64,000 bases of DNA from the NCBI GenBank assembly GCA_963754875.1, contig CAVWHO010000013.1:128001-192000 (forward strand). The letters run 5' to 3'. The DNA is from Nitrospirota bacterium (GTDB lineage Bacteria; Nitrospirota; UBA9217). The translations under genes were made by a program, and so were the position numbers. Positions 43,383 to 53,997 of the stretch are shown piece by piece. Below the pieces are notes generated by a model. The model was not told the origin of the DNA, did no database searches, and was given only the letters and a program-made list of their open reading frames with translations. Position 1 is the first letter of the stretch, and each line of letters begins with the position of its first letter.

Positions 43383-43666
43383 CTGTTTGTTGAAGTTGTT
43401 CACTGAGAAAACATTATGGCGCGAAATTGGCGCAATTCATTTTTTACACACGTCTCGTAGGGATTCCGGTGAGCCCTTGCATCTACTCCGAAGGAACAAA
43501 AACTCACCAAGGAGAATCCAATCTTCACGAGGCGCGCATTCACATCGACACTCGGCATATCCATTTGCGAAAGTTATTAATCTGCAATTCTCTGTAGACA
43601 CCGTGAAAAAACGGGATATTGGATCCTCATCCCTGTCTGAAACCAGCCTAATAAAGTTTTGATAAT

Positions 43667-43687
43667 ATAGGAGAAAAATAGTCCTAA
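43667..43687. promoter_or_regulatory. Putative operator TAGGA-N9-TCCTA upstream of rubrerythrin-Rrf2
   Basis: ATAGGAGAAAAATAGTCCTAA just upstream of TTGACA at 43696. Confidence 0.5.
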
Positions 43688-43761
43688 AAAAGAGCTTGAC
43701 AGGACTAAGGCTTTATGTTAAGTGAGAGAAAATCCAATATGGCATCAGTGCAGGAGGAACT

Positions 43762-44181
43762 ATGGAATTAGTCAATGTGAATAAACTGGGAGTTGTGAAA
43801 GGGACCGCCGCGGAGGATGCAGCCATTGCGAATTTCAGAGGTGAAACTCAGGAGGTAGGGCTTTATCTCGCCATGTCCCGACAGGCGCAGCGTCAAGGAT
43901 ACCCGGAAGTCGCCGAAGCACTTAGGCGGATCGCCTGGGAGGAGGCTGAACACGCTGCCCGCTACGCAGAGATGCTCGGACTCGTATCGGGGCAAACGAA
44001 AGACAACCTGGAAAAGATGCTGCATGGAGAAATCGGGGCGAACAAAGGCAAGCGTGATGCGGCCGTTAAAGCGAAGGAAGCAAATGTGGAGGAGGCCCAT
44101 GACCTCTTCGCTGAATCGTCAAGGGATGAAGCGCGACATGCAATGATGCTGAATGGTCTTCTTGAAAGGTTTTTTCAATAA
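43762..44181 (+). CDS. Rubrerythrin/ferritin-like di-iron protein
   Basis: [20 protein letters not shown] (ExxH motifs). Confidence 0.85.
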   Translation: MELVNVNKLGVVKGTAAEDAAIANFRGETQEVGLYLAMSRQAQRQGYPEVAEALRRIAWEEAEHAARYAEMLGLVSGQTKDNLEKMLHGEIGANKGKRDAAVKAKEANVEEAHDLFAESSRDEARHAMMLNGLLERFFQ

Positions 44182-44184
44182 GCC

Positions 44185-44586
44185 ATGTTGGTGACGAGAG
44201 AGACCGATTATGCCATGCGGTGTGTATTGTACCTCGCGCGGGAACAAGGCCAGTTTGTAAATGTCGGTGACATTTCTCAGCAGATGAACATCCCAAAGAG
44301 CTTCCTTGCCAAGATCCTGCAGCGTCTTGTTCGCGAAGGAATTGCAGAATCGATCCGCGGAATAAACGGCGGTTTCCGCCTTTTGAAGGAACCAGATCAG
44401 ATCACGCTTCTCGAAGTCCTTACAGCAATCCAAGGAATCGCTCCGGTGAACACCTGCGCGCTTGACAAACGGCGCTGCCGCATGAGCTCACAATGCTCAG
44501 TCCATCCAGTCTGGATCGAAATTCGAAGAGAGATTGAAAGACGACTCGCCACGCAGACGATCGCCAGTCTGGTGGGGGAGGGATAG
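44185..44586 (+). CDS. Rrf2 family transcriptional regulator (three Cys)
   Basis: TDYAMR, FLAKILQRL, RGINGGF, C-x6-C-x5-C. Confidence 0.92.
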   Translation: MLVTRETDYAMRCVLYLAREQGQFVNVGDISQQMNIPKSFLAKILQRLVREGIAESIRGINGGFRLLKEPDQITLLEVLTAIQGIAPVNTCALDKRRCRMSSQCSVHPVWIEIRREIERRLATQTIASLVGEG

Positions 44587-44788
44587 TGGGCGGAACCACA
44601 AACACTATGACGTGGGAGAATATAAATTATCAACGGTGATGTGGTGCTGTACGCATGGACTGAACAGGAGCAATCCGTTGCGGATCACGCCATCGGAATA
44701 TGAAAACCGAGCACGAGAGGGGGATAGGATGCAGAGAACAGCGGGTCGATAGAGCAGCATGAGCAGAAGACATTTTTTTTGGTTGTAA

Positions 44789-44809
44789 ATAGGATGTTAA
44801 ACATCCTAT
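44789..44809. promoter_or_regulatory. Perfect palindromic operator upstream of cydA
   Basis: ATAGGATGTT-A-AACATCCTAT. Confidence 0.6.
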
Positions 44810-44831
44810 ATGACACACGAAGGAGGGTCCT

Positions 44832-46181
44832 ATGGACGTCGCGTCGATAAGCAGATTACAGTTCGCCGTAACGAGCATGTTTCATTTTATATTTGTCCCA
44901 CTGACGCTTGGGTTGTCAATCCTGACAGCGTACATGGAAACACGCTGGGTGAAAACAGGAGATGAAGTGTATTTGAAAATGACCAAATTCTGGGGCAAGC
45001 TGTTCCTCATCAATTTCGCCCTGGGCGTGGTAACGGGTATTACGATGGAGTTCCAGTTCGGCATGAACTGGGCGGACTACTCCAAGTACGTGGGAGACAT
45101 ATTCGGCGCGCCCCTGGCCATTGAAGCGACGATGGCTTTCTTCCTCGAATCCGTGTTCATCGGGGTCTGGATCTTCGGCTGGAAGAGGGTTTCGAAGAAG
45201 GCCCACGCCGTTTCCATCTGGCTGGTGGCGCTCGCAACGAACCTGTCGGCGCTCTGGATCCTGCTGGCGAACGCCTGGATGCAGAAGCCCGTGGGGTATG
45301 TGCTCCGCAACAACCGGGCGGAGATGGTGGATTTCGGGGCCGTGCTCCTGAACCCCTACGGATGGCTCAAGTTCATCCATACGGTGTCCTCGGGCTACGT
45401 GATTGCCGCCTTTTTTGTCATGGGGATATCTGCCTATCATCTCTTGAGGAAAAACGAGACGGACTTCTTCCGCCGCTCCTTCAAGATGGCGGCCGCTTTC
45501 GGCCTGGTAGCCACGCTCGTTGTGGCCGTGCTCGGGGATCTGAACGCCGTGCAGGTGGCCCGCTATCAGCCGACGAAATTCGCTGCCATGGAGGCGGTCT
45601 GGGACACGCAGAAAGGCGCCGGGTTCAATATCTTTATCATTCCCGACACGGAGAAGGAGTGCAATTCGCTGGAAGGTCCCTGCATACCCAATATGCTCAG
45701 CTATCTTGCCTTCCATAACGCAGACGCCGAGATCAGGGGCTTAAAGACATTCGCGAAAGAGGACCGGCCGCCGGTCTGGCCCACCTTCGTCAGCTTCCGG
45801 CTGATGATCCTGATCGGTTTTGTTCTGATCGTTCTGGCCGCTTTCGGTCTCTTCTATGCCAGACGCGGGACGCTCGAACTCCATCCAAAGTTCCTCTTGC
45901 TCATGCTCTTTTCGATCCCCTTGCCCTATATCGCGGGCCAGCTCGGCTGGATCGTGGCCGAGGTGGGAAGGCAGCCGTGGATCGTGTACGGCGTGCTCAG
46001 GACGTCCCAGGCCGTATCAAAATCGATCAGCGTCGTGCAGGTCTATGCGTCGCTCCTGGGATTCACTCTTCTTTACGGTGGGCTCGGCGTGGTGGATATC
46101 TACCTGCTGTCCAAGTTCGCCAGGAAAGGTCCTGACAACGACCTTTCTCACCTACTCAAGCCGGCAGAAAAGGAGGCGTAA
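44832..46181 (+). CDS. cydA: Cytochrome bd ubiquinol oxidase subunit I
   Basis: SRLQFA..HFIFVPLT, EFQFGMNW, QPTKFAAME, GRQPW. Confidence 0.96.
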   Translation: MDVASISRLQFAVTSMFHFIFVPLTLGLSILTAYMETRWVKTGDEVYLKMTKFWGKLFLINFALGVVTGITMEFQFGMNWADYSKYVGDIFGAPLAIEATMAFFLESVFIGVWIFGWKRVSKKAHAVSIWLVALATNLSALWILLANAWMQKPVGYVLRNNRAEMVDFGAVLLNPYGWLKFIHTVSSGYVIAAFFVMGISAYHLLRKNETDFFRRSFKMAAAFGLVATLVVAVLGDLNAVQVARYQPTKFAAMEAVWDTQKGAGFNIFIIPDTEKECNSLEGPCIPNMLSYLAFHNADAEIRGLKTFAKEDRPPVWPTFVSFRLMILIGFVLIVLAAFGLFYARRGTLELHPKFLLLMLFSIPLPYIAGQLGWIVAEVGRQPWIVYGVLRTSQAVSKSISVVQVYASLLGFTLLYGGLGVVDIYLLSKFARKGPDNDLSHLLKPAEKEA

Positions 46182-46182
46182 C

Positions 46183-47211
46183 ATGATACTCCAAATCATC
46201 TGGTTCGTTCTCTGGGCTGTTCTCTGGGCGGTCTACTTCATGCTCGACGGATTCGTACTCGGCATGGGCATGCTCTATCCCTATCTTGCGAAAAGCGACC
46301 AGGACCGGAAGATCCTGATCACCACCGTGGGACCGGTGTGGAACGGCAATGAGGTCTGGCTTCTGACGGCGGGAGGAGCGACCTTTGCCGCATTCCCGGG
46401 GACCTACGCGCTCATGTTCAGCTATCTCTATACGGCCCTGCTGCTCCTGCTTTTCTCGCTCATCATCCGGGGCGTTTCACTCGAATTCCGGGGCAAGCTC
46501 GACTCTGCAGGATGGAAGAAGGCGTGGGACGCGGGCATCTTCATCGGCAGCGCGCTTCCGGCCCTCCTTCTGGGCGTGGCCTTCGGGAACATTTTCAGCG
46601 GTCTGCCCATGGACGCGGCGGGCTACCACGGATCGCTCCTGTCGCTTTTAAACCCCTACGGCCTCCTGACCGGCGCGCTGTTCGTCCTGCTCTTCTTGAC
46701 CCATGGGAGTCTGTACGTCTGCGTCAAGACCGAAGGGGCACTGTGCGATAAGTCTTCGGCAGCGGCGGGAAAAATCTGGACGGCCGAACTGCTCTTCGCC
46801 GTCGCCTTTTTGATCGCTACGGCCTTTGCCACGAAGCTCTACGACAACTACATGAGCACGCCGATTCTTTTGATCGTACCGCTCGTGGCCGTGGCGGCAC
46901 TGATCGGGATCAGGATTTTCCTCGCCCGCGGAAAACCGCTTCTGGCCTTTACCTCATCCTGCGTGACCATCGTCGCGGTCGTCTTCACGGGAGTGATCGG
47001 GCTCTTCCCGAACCTGATTCCTTCCAGCATCGACCCGGCCCATAGCCTCACGATCTATAACTCGTCATCGAGCGCCTACACCCTCATGATCATGACCGTG
47101 GTGGCGCTCGTGTTCGTGCCGATCGTGATCGGCTATAAGATCTGGGTCTACCGGATCTTCCGCTTCCGCGTGACCGCGGACACGGTCATGAAGAATGAAC
47201 AGGCCTACTAA
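46183..47211 (+). CDS. cydB: Cytochrome bd ubiquinol oxidase subunit II
   Basis: LDGFVLG, GPVWNGNEVWL, LLNPY. Confidence 0.95.
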   Translation: MILQIIWFVLWAVLWAVYFMLDGFVLGMGMLYPYLAKSDQDRKILITTVGPVWNGNEVWLLTAGGATFAAFPGTYALMFSYLYTALLLLLFSLIIRGVSLEFRGKLDSAGWKKAWDAGIFIGSALPALLLGVAFGNIFSGLPMDAAGYHGSLLSLLNPYGLLTGALFVLLFLTHGSLYVCVKTEGALCDKSSAAAGKIWTAELLFAVAFLIATAFATKLYDNYMSTPILLIVPLVAVAALIGIRIFLARGKPLLAFTSSCVTIVAVVFTGVIGLFPNLIPSSIDPAHSLTIYNSSSSAYTLMIMTVVALVFVPIVIGYKIWVYRIFRFRVTADTVMKNEQAY

Positions 47212-47229
47212 GAATTGAAAAACGATCAC

Positions 47230-47262
47230 GGGAAGCCCCCCAAAGGGGCTTCCCCATTTCTT
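47230..47262 (+). terminator. Putative terminator after cydB
   Basis: GGGAAGCCCC/GGGGCTTCCC followed by a T-rich tail. Confidence 0.65.
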
Positions 47263-47824
47263 TCTCATCCCCTCCGGTTGATATATTTTGTCACAAATAT
47301 ATGCCTGACGCAGGGAGAATAACGATATCGATTGGGTATCTTGAGGGGCTAACAAATACGGAATGGAACATGAAGTGTTTCTATGAAATGCAATTTCAAC
47401 TGTCTCTTATGAACATCCAAGCCGACATAAATATGTTGACCGTTAAAATCGAGTTTGCTAATGTTGATTATCAAGTCTCCTTTCGGTGTATTTTTTGTCT
47501 GCCTGACGTAAAATATACCTTAAGACGGACAAGCATAGCGGTGGCCTGTCGTTCGCCTTGCAAATGTGACTGCAAGAACGATTGGCTGTACCTTCTTACC
47601 TGCGCTTATAGAGATTTGTGAATTGATTTGACCGGCTTATTAGTTGCCGAGAATACCCACCTGCTATTTTTTTCACTGTACGTTCCTTATAGATACCGCC
47701 GATAAAACGGTGTAAGATTATCGATCGCTGATTTGAACTAAGGGACCCGATAAAACGACCATATTTTTTTACCGCGTGCGCCGAAGGCGCTTGTGGTTAT
47801 AACGTTATTTTGATTGCCCGCACT

Positions 47825-50227
47825 ATGCTTGACGAAAGGAAACTCATCCCTGTCGCACTCCGCGATTTTGCCCTGCCGATCCCGCGCACCGGCAGCATCG
47901 AAGCTCATTCAGGGTATGGACGCGCGGCTGTCGAAGGCCGGGAAACCCACGTCCGTGTGCAGAAGAAAAGAGCGAAGTCCGATCCTGCCTACCAGGCCGA
48001 AGTCCTGATTAGCCGCACCTTCGATCGGGAGGGGTATCGCTTCCGTGTCGACGGCCGGATGGATGGGATTTTCAGGCATGATCCGCTGAAGATCGAAGAG
48101 ATCAAGACCAGCTTTAACATCCGAGAACTTGCGCGCCGGCTTACGGCTGACGGGATGGCGCACCCCTACGTACTGCAGCTTTTGACCTACGGCTACTTCA
48201 CCTGGCTCGAGCACCAGGTCCTTCCTGTGCTGAACTTTCATCTCGTGTCCACCCGCACCCGGGAGTCTTTCGATCTGGAACTCGCCTTCGATGTGCCTGC
48301 GTACGAGAAATGGATCGAGCTGCGCCTCGACGAGCTTGTTCTCGAAGCCGCAAAAGCGGAGAAACGTTCGCGGCGCCGCAGGAAGATTGCCATTGCTTTT
48401 CCCTTCCCCTTTGAAAGGCCGCGTCTTGGCCAGATCGGGCTCATGCAAACTATCGAAGAGGGGATGGAAGAAGGAAACCCTATGCTCATCCAGGCCCCTA
48501 CGGGCCTCGGAAAGACGGCAGGGGTACTTTATCCAGTTCTGAAAGAAGCCCTGGGCAGGGGCCAGAAGGTGGTCTACGTCACCCCGAAGAACAGTCAACA
48601 CGCCGTTGCCGAAGATGCTGTTACGCGGTTTCACGATGCCGGCGCGAAACTGAAATCTCTCACGATCACGGCAAAAGGGAAGATCTGCTTCAAGAACGAG
48701 CCGCTCTGTAATCCTGATTTTTGCGAATACGCCCGTGATTATTACACCAAAGTAGATAAGCACGGGATCCTCGATATGCTCGCAAAAAAGAGGAAGTTAA
48801 AGGCCCGGCTGTTCCGCGATCTTGGAGAAGAGTACCAGGTCTGCCCGTTCGAACTGCAGTTCGACGGTGCGCAGGAAGCCGACATCGTGATCTGCGATTA
48901 CAACTATGTCTTTGCGCCGCGCTCCTCTTTCGGCCGGATGACGGAGCTCGGCATCGATCAGAAAGGGAAGCCGAATCTCGTTGTCGACGAGGCCCATAAT
49001 CTTCCCTCCCGTGCCATGGACTACTACTCTCCTGCTCTCTCAAGCCTCACCCTCGAACAAATGCGCAGCGGAATGTGCACGCTGCCGCTGCTCTTGCGGG
49101 TAGAAGCGGAAGAGCTTCTCGACGGTTGCATGCAGGTGCTTGTCTCCTGCATGCCGGATAAAATTGCAAAACCCGCGAAGATCGATCCAAAGATTGAATT
49201 GTTTCTTGAGCAGGACAACAGACTCCGTGCCTTCCTCTCACGGTATCTCGATTCCGACGTCGTCATCCAGCCGCGGGACGTCGTCATGAGGCTGTGCTTT
49301 TACTGGGCAGAATTCACGGAAGCCCTCGCGTACGTGGGCGATCCCGATCATCAGGAATTCTTCGCGACCTTTCATCCCCATGCGACCGGCGGCATCGTGA
49401 AGATCACCTGCTGCGATGCCTCAGCCATGCTTGCGGATTGCTATGATGAATACGAACAGGTCGTGGGGTTCTCTGCGACGTTAAAGCCCTTTGACTATTA
49501 CGCGAAGCTTTCCGGGCTCGATCCTGAGACAATCACGAAAGCGGAATTTTCGAGCCCTTTCCCGAAGGAGAACCGCAAACTCCTGATCATTCCCCAGATT
49601 TCGACCAAATATTCGGACCGTGAACGCAACTACCTCAGGATCAGTGATGCGATCCAGCGTATAGCTGCATTGCGAAAGGGAAATTATTTCGCCTTCTTCC
49701 CGAGCTTCGAGTTTCTGGAGAGGGTCCTCGTCCTGTTCAAACCCCCGGAAGGCTTCACTGTTCTCCGGCAGGAGAGGGACATGAAAGCGTCCGGGGTTGA
49801 GGCCATCCTGGAACAGCTCAAAGATGGAATTGCCCCGACGATCGTGTTCGCTGTGCAGGGAGGAATGTTGTCCGAGGGAGTGGACTACCCGGGCGATACG
49901 GTGATCGGCGCGTTCGTCGTCGGGCCGCCGCTTCCGAATTTCGACCTCGAACGTGAACAGATGAAGGAATATTATGAACGGAAATACGGCGCAGGTTTCG
50001 ACTATGCTTATGCGATACCCGCCATGGCAAAGGCGATCCAGGCCGCAGGGAGAGTGATACGTTCTGAGACCGATCAAGGGCTCATTGTCTTGATGGACAA
50101 TCGTTTCGTGCAACCCGGCTATTCCCGGTCGATGCCGGCAGACTGGTTTGAATCTGCGGCGATTGAACTGGTATCCGAAAGCATCATAAATGATGTCTCT
50201 GAATTTTGGAGAGGAAGTCTTTCCTGA
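47825..50227 (+). CDS. DinG/XPD-like Fe-S helicase with N-terminal PD-(D/E)XK nuclease-like domain
   Basis: APTGLGKT, Fe-S cysteines, DEAH, QAAGRVIR; N-terminal GRMDG..IEEIKT. Confidence 0.88.
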   Translation: MLDERKLIPVALRDFALPIPRTGSIEAHSGYGRAAVEGRETHVRVQKKRAKSDPAYQAEVLISRTFDREGYRFRVDGRMDGIFRHDPLKIEEIKTSFNIRELARRLTADGMAHPYVLQLLTYGYFTWLEHQVLPVLNFHLVSTRTRESFDLELAFDVPAYEKWIELRLDELVLEAAKAEKRSRRRRKIAIAFPFPFERPRLGQIGLMQTIEEGMEEGNPMLIQAPTGLGKTAGVLYPVLKEALGRGQKVVYVTPKNSQHAVAEDAVTRFHDAGAKLKSLTITAKGKICFKNEPLCNPDFCEYARDYYTKVDKHGILDMLAKKRKLKARLFRDLGEEYQVCPFELQFDGAQEADIVICDYNYVFAPRSSFGRMTELGIDQKGKPNLVVDEAHNLPSRAMDYYSPALSSLTLEQMRSGMCTLPLLLRVEAEELLDGCMQVLVSCMPDKIAKPAKIDPKIELFLEQDNRLRAFLSRYLDSDVVIQPRDVVMRLCFYWAEFTEALAYVGDPDHQEFFATFHPHATGGIVKITCCDASAMLADCYDEYEQVVGFSATLKPFDYYAKLSGLDPETITKAEFSSPFPKENRKLLIIPQISTKYSDRERNYLRISDAIQRIAALRKGNYFAFFPSFEFLERVLVLFKPPEGFTVLRQERDMKASGVEAILEQLKDGIAPTIVFAVQGGMLSEGVDYPGDTVIGAFVVGPPLPNFDLEREQMKEYYERKYGAGFDYAYAIPAMAKAIQAAGRVIRSETDQGLIVLMDNRFVQPGYSRSMPADWFESAAIELVSESIINDVSEFWRGSLS

Positions 50228-50430
50228 AAAAAGCCGAGGATGCCCATGCCGGAAATGCGCCGTTGGCTTCGACGAGGCTCATTATCGTGCATTGACCGTT
50301 GTTCTTTCTTCTGTCGGAAGGAAACGTGAGCCGAGGACGAAACAGTCCCTTCTTTCCCCTTTACTTTCCACTCCTTTTTATTGTATAAACCTCCTGTGTT
50401 CAACAACTGCGCAATTTTGAGGTGTAACGC

Positions 50431-51208
50431 ATGATCCTCGTAACCAATGATGACGGTGTTTATTCACCGGGCATACAGGTCCTCGCAAAGCGTTTGCGCG
50501 AGCTCGATACCGTCGTGATCGTGGCCCCGGACCGGGAGCGGAGTGCGGCAGGCCATTCCATGACGCTCCATCGCCCTCTCCTGATCGAGGAAATCAAGGA
50601 AGGAATGTACAGCGTCAACGGCACGCCGACGGATTGTGTGAATATCGCGGTCAAGGGACTTTTAAAAGAGATGCCGAAACTGGTGGTATCGGGCATCAAC
50701 AAGGGGCCGAACCTCGGCGACGACGTGACCTATTCAGGGACGGTTGCCGGGGCGATCGAAGGCATCCTGCTCGGGATACCTTCCTTCGCAATTTCTCTTG
50801 CTGCACGGGAAGACTTTCGTTTTGCTGAAGCAGCGGAAGTGGCGTTCCACGCGGCGCAGCCGCATCGTGCAGGACGGACTCCCCGTTGGAACGCTTCTCA
50901 ACATCAATGTGCCGAACCTTCCTGTCGACAAAATACAGGGTACGCTCGTCACGAGGCTCGGCAAACGGATCTATCATCAAATGACGGTGGAGCGGGTGGA
51001 CCCGCGCGGGAAGAAGTACTACTGGATCGGCGGGGGAGAACCTGATTGGGAACGGGAGGCGGGGACGGACCTTGATGCCGTGGACCGGAAGTTCGTCTCG
51101 ATCACGCCGCTCCATCTCGATATGACGGATTATGCATCTTTCGACCTGCTCAAGTCCCTGGAGGCAATGTCCTACCAGGAGATCGCCAGGCAGGGGAGCG
51201 CCGAGTGA
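50431..51208 (+). CDS. surE: 5'/3'-nucleotidase SurE (+1 indel near 50860)
   Basis: [30 protein letters not shown] and SITPL in the next frame. Confidence 0.92.
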
Positions 51209-51849
51209 TCAACTTCGAGAAAGAACGCAGCCGCATGGTGGAGGAACAGATCGTCGGCCGCGGCATCAAAGACGAACGGGTCATTGCTGCCATGCGCAAG
51301 GTGCCGAGGCACGAGTTCCTGCCCGAGGCCATCCGAGGCATGGCGTACCAGGACAGCGCGCTGCCGCTCGGCGAAGGACAGACTATGTCCCAGCCCTATA
51401 TGGTGGCGGTGATGTCCGAGCTCCTGGGACTATCCGGCACGGAGCGCGTGCTCGAGATCGGCACGGGCTCGGGATACCAGTCAGCGGTGCTTGCAGAATT
51501 ATGCGAGAAGGTCTATACCGTGGAACGAATTAAGATCCTCGCGGACCGTGCCCGGGAGACCCTTGACCGTCTCGGGTACCGGAGTGTCGCGATCAAAGTC
51601 TATGATGGGACCTACGGTTGGAAGGACATGGCGCCCTTTGACGCCATCATCGTTACGGCGGGCTCGCCGGATATTCCCGGGCCGCTCGTCGAACAGTTGA
51701 AGGAAGGAGGCAGGATGGTGATCCCCGTGGGAGACCGATATGGCCAGATGCTCATGAAAGTCGTCAAGACGCCCGAAGGGCCTGTTACGGATCGGAGCAT
51801 CCCCTGCGTGTTCGTTCCGCTCATCGGCAACCACGGATGGAAAGAATAG
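51205..51849 (+). CDS. pcm: Protein-L-isoaspartate O-methyltransferase
   Basis: [31 protein letters not shown]. Confidence 0.95.
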   Translation: MINFEKERSRMVEEQIVGRGIKDERVIAAMRKVPRHEFLPEAIRGMAYQDSALPLGEGQTMSQPYMVAVMSELLGLSGTERVLEIGTGSGYQSAVLAELCEKVYTVERIKILADRARETLDRLGYRSVAIKVYDGTYGWKDMAPFDAIIVTAGSPDIPGPLVEQLKEGGRMVIPVGDRYGQMLMKVVKTPEGPVTDRSIPCVFVPLIGNHGWKE

Positions 51850-51927
51850 GTTCGTATAACAATAAGACGGGAAATTTTCGCGCAAAGACGCCAAGCTCGC
51901 AAAGAAATTCAAATCTTTTTTGGTTTT

Positions 51928-51999
51928 TAATATGAGCAAGCCGACCGTGTCGGCGTTATCAACGGCAACACGGTTGCCTTGGTCCAAAGGAACGAGGTT
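51928..51999. repeat. Double-hairpin repeat, copy 1
   Basis: Differs from 55791..55863 by one substitution and one 1-nt indel. Confidence 0.9.
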
Positions 52000-52053
52000 T
52001 CTGCCCTGCAGGGCCATGTCTGCCGGGCGATGTCCCGGCCGACACATACCCCC

Positions 52054-52656
52054 TTACGTTCCCCGTTTCCCCTTCACGTTTTGCTCAGTTCCGATTGCCC
52101 GATACAAGATCGAAAGTGTGAACCCGATACCCCCTCCCAGGACTGCACCAGCAAGAACATCGGTAGGATAGTGGACCCCCAAATACATACGTGAAAAGGC
52201 GATAGCCGATGCCAGGAGCAGAGGATAGAGCCGCCAAACAAGGGGTATGTATCCCTTTGTCAGATAAAAGAGCGGCAGGGCAAAGGCAAAAGAGCTGATC
52301 GCGTGGCCCGAGGGCAGGGAAAATGATTTCGGACAGTTCGTAATCAGCCTGATTCCGTCGATCGCGCGACAGGGCCGTACGCGTGCAACAGCATCCTTCA
52401 TCCAATCCTCCACGAACCCCGAGAGATAAACGGAGCAGCAGGCGATCAGGAACGTCCAAGCCGCAGCCGCGAGATACTTCTTACCCCGGTCGTTCTTCCG
52501 GCCCGCTCCCCACAGGAACATGGCAAGAAGAAGGGGTATGACCAGAAGATAGCCGCGCGCAGAAAGAGCGGGCATAAGGATATCGAACAGGGAGTTCGCA
52601 AGGCCATGATTGATCAGGAGCAGCAGTCGCGTGTCGAAGTATTGGATGGTCATCAT
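52054..52656 (-). CDS. PAP2 family phosphatase
   Basis: K..VARVRP, PSGH, SRMYLGVHYPTD. Confidence 0.92.
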   Translation of the reverse strand: MMTIQYFDTRLLLLINHGLANSLFDILMPALSARGYLLVIPLLLAMFLWGAGRKNDRGKKYLAAAAWTFLIACCSVYLSGFVEDWMKDAVARVRPCRAIDGIRLITNCPKSFSLPSGHAISSFAFALPLFYLTKGYIPLVWRLYPLLLASAIAFSRMYLGVHYPTDVLAGAVLGGGIGFTLSILYRAIGTEQNVKGKRGT

Positions 52657-52661
52657 TAAAT

Positions 52662-52768
52662 TCCTCCCCCTTCAAGGGGGAGGCTAGGTGGGGGATGGGG
52701 TAACGGAGGACTCTGGCGATATATCGGAGGCCCATCCTCACCCCGGCCCTCCCCTTGAAGGGGAGGGA
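52662..52768. repeat. Gene-less hairpin-tail doublet (REPIN-like)
   Basis: CCTCCCCCTTCAAGGGGGAGG-CTAGGTGGGGGATGGG ... CCCATCCTCACCCCGG-CCCTCCCCTTGAAGGGAGGG. Confidence 0.85.
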
Positions 52769-52793
52769 GTATCACACTTGCATGTACGTGCCT

Positions 52794-53132
52794 TTATTTT
52801 TTTTCGGTGCGGCACTTGACGACATTCGTGTCGCTCAGTTCAATCAGCCCTTTTTCTACAACCGAGGTCACATCTTCAAGGACACCGTTGATCATCTCTT
52901 CCGAGTCGATTGCTTCGATCTTGACCGGGAGGTCAGTAGACAACTCAAGCATTTTAGCAGTATGAAATACCCCATGGCTCCCGTATCCGGCCACTCCCCG
53001 GAACACGCTTACGCCGGCGATCTTTTTCTTATAAAAAATGTCCAGCAGGACCTCATAGAGGGGTTTGCCGTGTAACTTATCCGATTCGTCTATATATATG
53101 GAAAGCTTTTTTGCAGGCCCGTTTTTTACCAT
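52794..53132 (-). CDS. DUF190 (PII-like) protein
   Basis: GKPLYE, GVSVFRGVAGYG, DLPVKIE; adjacent to crcB. Confidence 0.9.
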   Translation of the reverse strand: MVKNGPAKKLSIYIDESDKLHGKPLYEVLLDIFYKKKIAGVSVFRGVAGYGSHGVFHTAKMLELSTDLPVKIEAIDSEEMINGVLEDVTSVVEKGLIELSDTNVVKCRTEKK

Positions 53133-53220
53133 GGTTAAACCCCTTACTTATCCGCAAGAAAAGTGCTAAAAAAAGCATGGATGATTCGTTTTTCCCCTGT
53201 CCTGGCGCTTCGTAGTAATG

Positions 53221-53592
53221 TTATAAGCTCTTCGCGATTACTTCGCCAAACTTTAGTGCAATAAAACTGACGAAGACGCTTAACGTCACATTTAGCCCTG
53301 CGATCAACCACTCGCCGTCTTTGAGGAGCGCCCCTGTTTCATACTCAAAGGTGGAAAAGGTCGTGTAAGCACCAAGGAACCCGACAACCAGGAGCAGCCG
53401 CCACTGCGGATTCACCATGAAACGCTCCGTTAAGATGGTCATGAGCAGGCCGATAAGAAAGCTGCCGGTGACGTTAATGATGAACGTGCCGAGCGGAAAG
53501 CTCCGGCCCCAACGTTCACCGATCCAGAACGCCACACTGTACCTGACGATGGCCCCGATGAACCCGCCGATGCCTATGATGAGATAATTCAT
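53221..53592 (-). CDS. crcB: Fluoride efflux channel CrcB/Fluc
   Basis: FPLGTFIIN, GFLGAYTTFSTF. Confidence 0.95.
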   Translation of the reverse strand: MNYLIIGIGGFIGAIVRYSVAFWIGERWGRSFPLGTFIINVTGSFLIGLLMTILTERFMVNPQWRLLLVVGFLGAYTTFSTFEYETGALLKDGEWLIAGLNVTLSVFVSFIALKFGEVIAKSL

Positions 53593-53769
53593 CGCCTCAG
53601 AACTCCGCGCATACTTTAGCAAATGTAAATTTATTTCGCAATAAAAAATCATCCCAAAACAGTCCCGGCCATATGATCTTCATCATAGAAAAATCTATTA
53701 ATCAGGAGTAAAAAAGGTGTATAATTACTTCGTCATCAAGGCGAGTCTACGGATTAAAAGGAGAATATC

Positions 53770-53997
53770 ATGATAAAGGAAAAAGTTGAAGAAGCCCTCA
53801 AACAGGTACGTCCATCACTCCAGAGGGACGGCGGCGATATCGAACTCGTGAGCGTTGATGAGACGGGGACCGTAAAAGTGCGGCTGAAAGGCGCTTGCGG
53901 ATCCTGCCCCATGTCAACGATGACGCTCAAGATGGGTGTCGAGAAACACTTGAAGGAACAGATCCCGGAGGTCAAGGAAGTCGTCCAGGTAGCGTAA
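53770..53997 (+). CDS. NifU/NfuA C-terminal domain Fe-S carrier
   Basis: [22 protein letters not shown]. Confidence 0.92.
   Translation: MIKEKVEEALKQVRPSLQRDGGDIELVSVDETGTVKVRLKGACGSCPMSTMTLKMGVEKHLKEQIPEVKEVVQVA

Noticed and set aside
43267..50430. Integrative element at tRNA-Pro with an att duplication
   Set aside because: No integrase and no repeat of the tRNA 3' end found downstream.
53593..53760. Fluoride riboswitch upstream of crcB
   Set aside because: The expected GGCGATGG...TAATGA-type core was not recognisable by eye on the minus strand; an Rfam scan would be needed.
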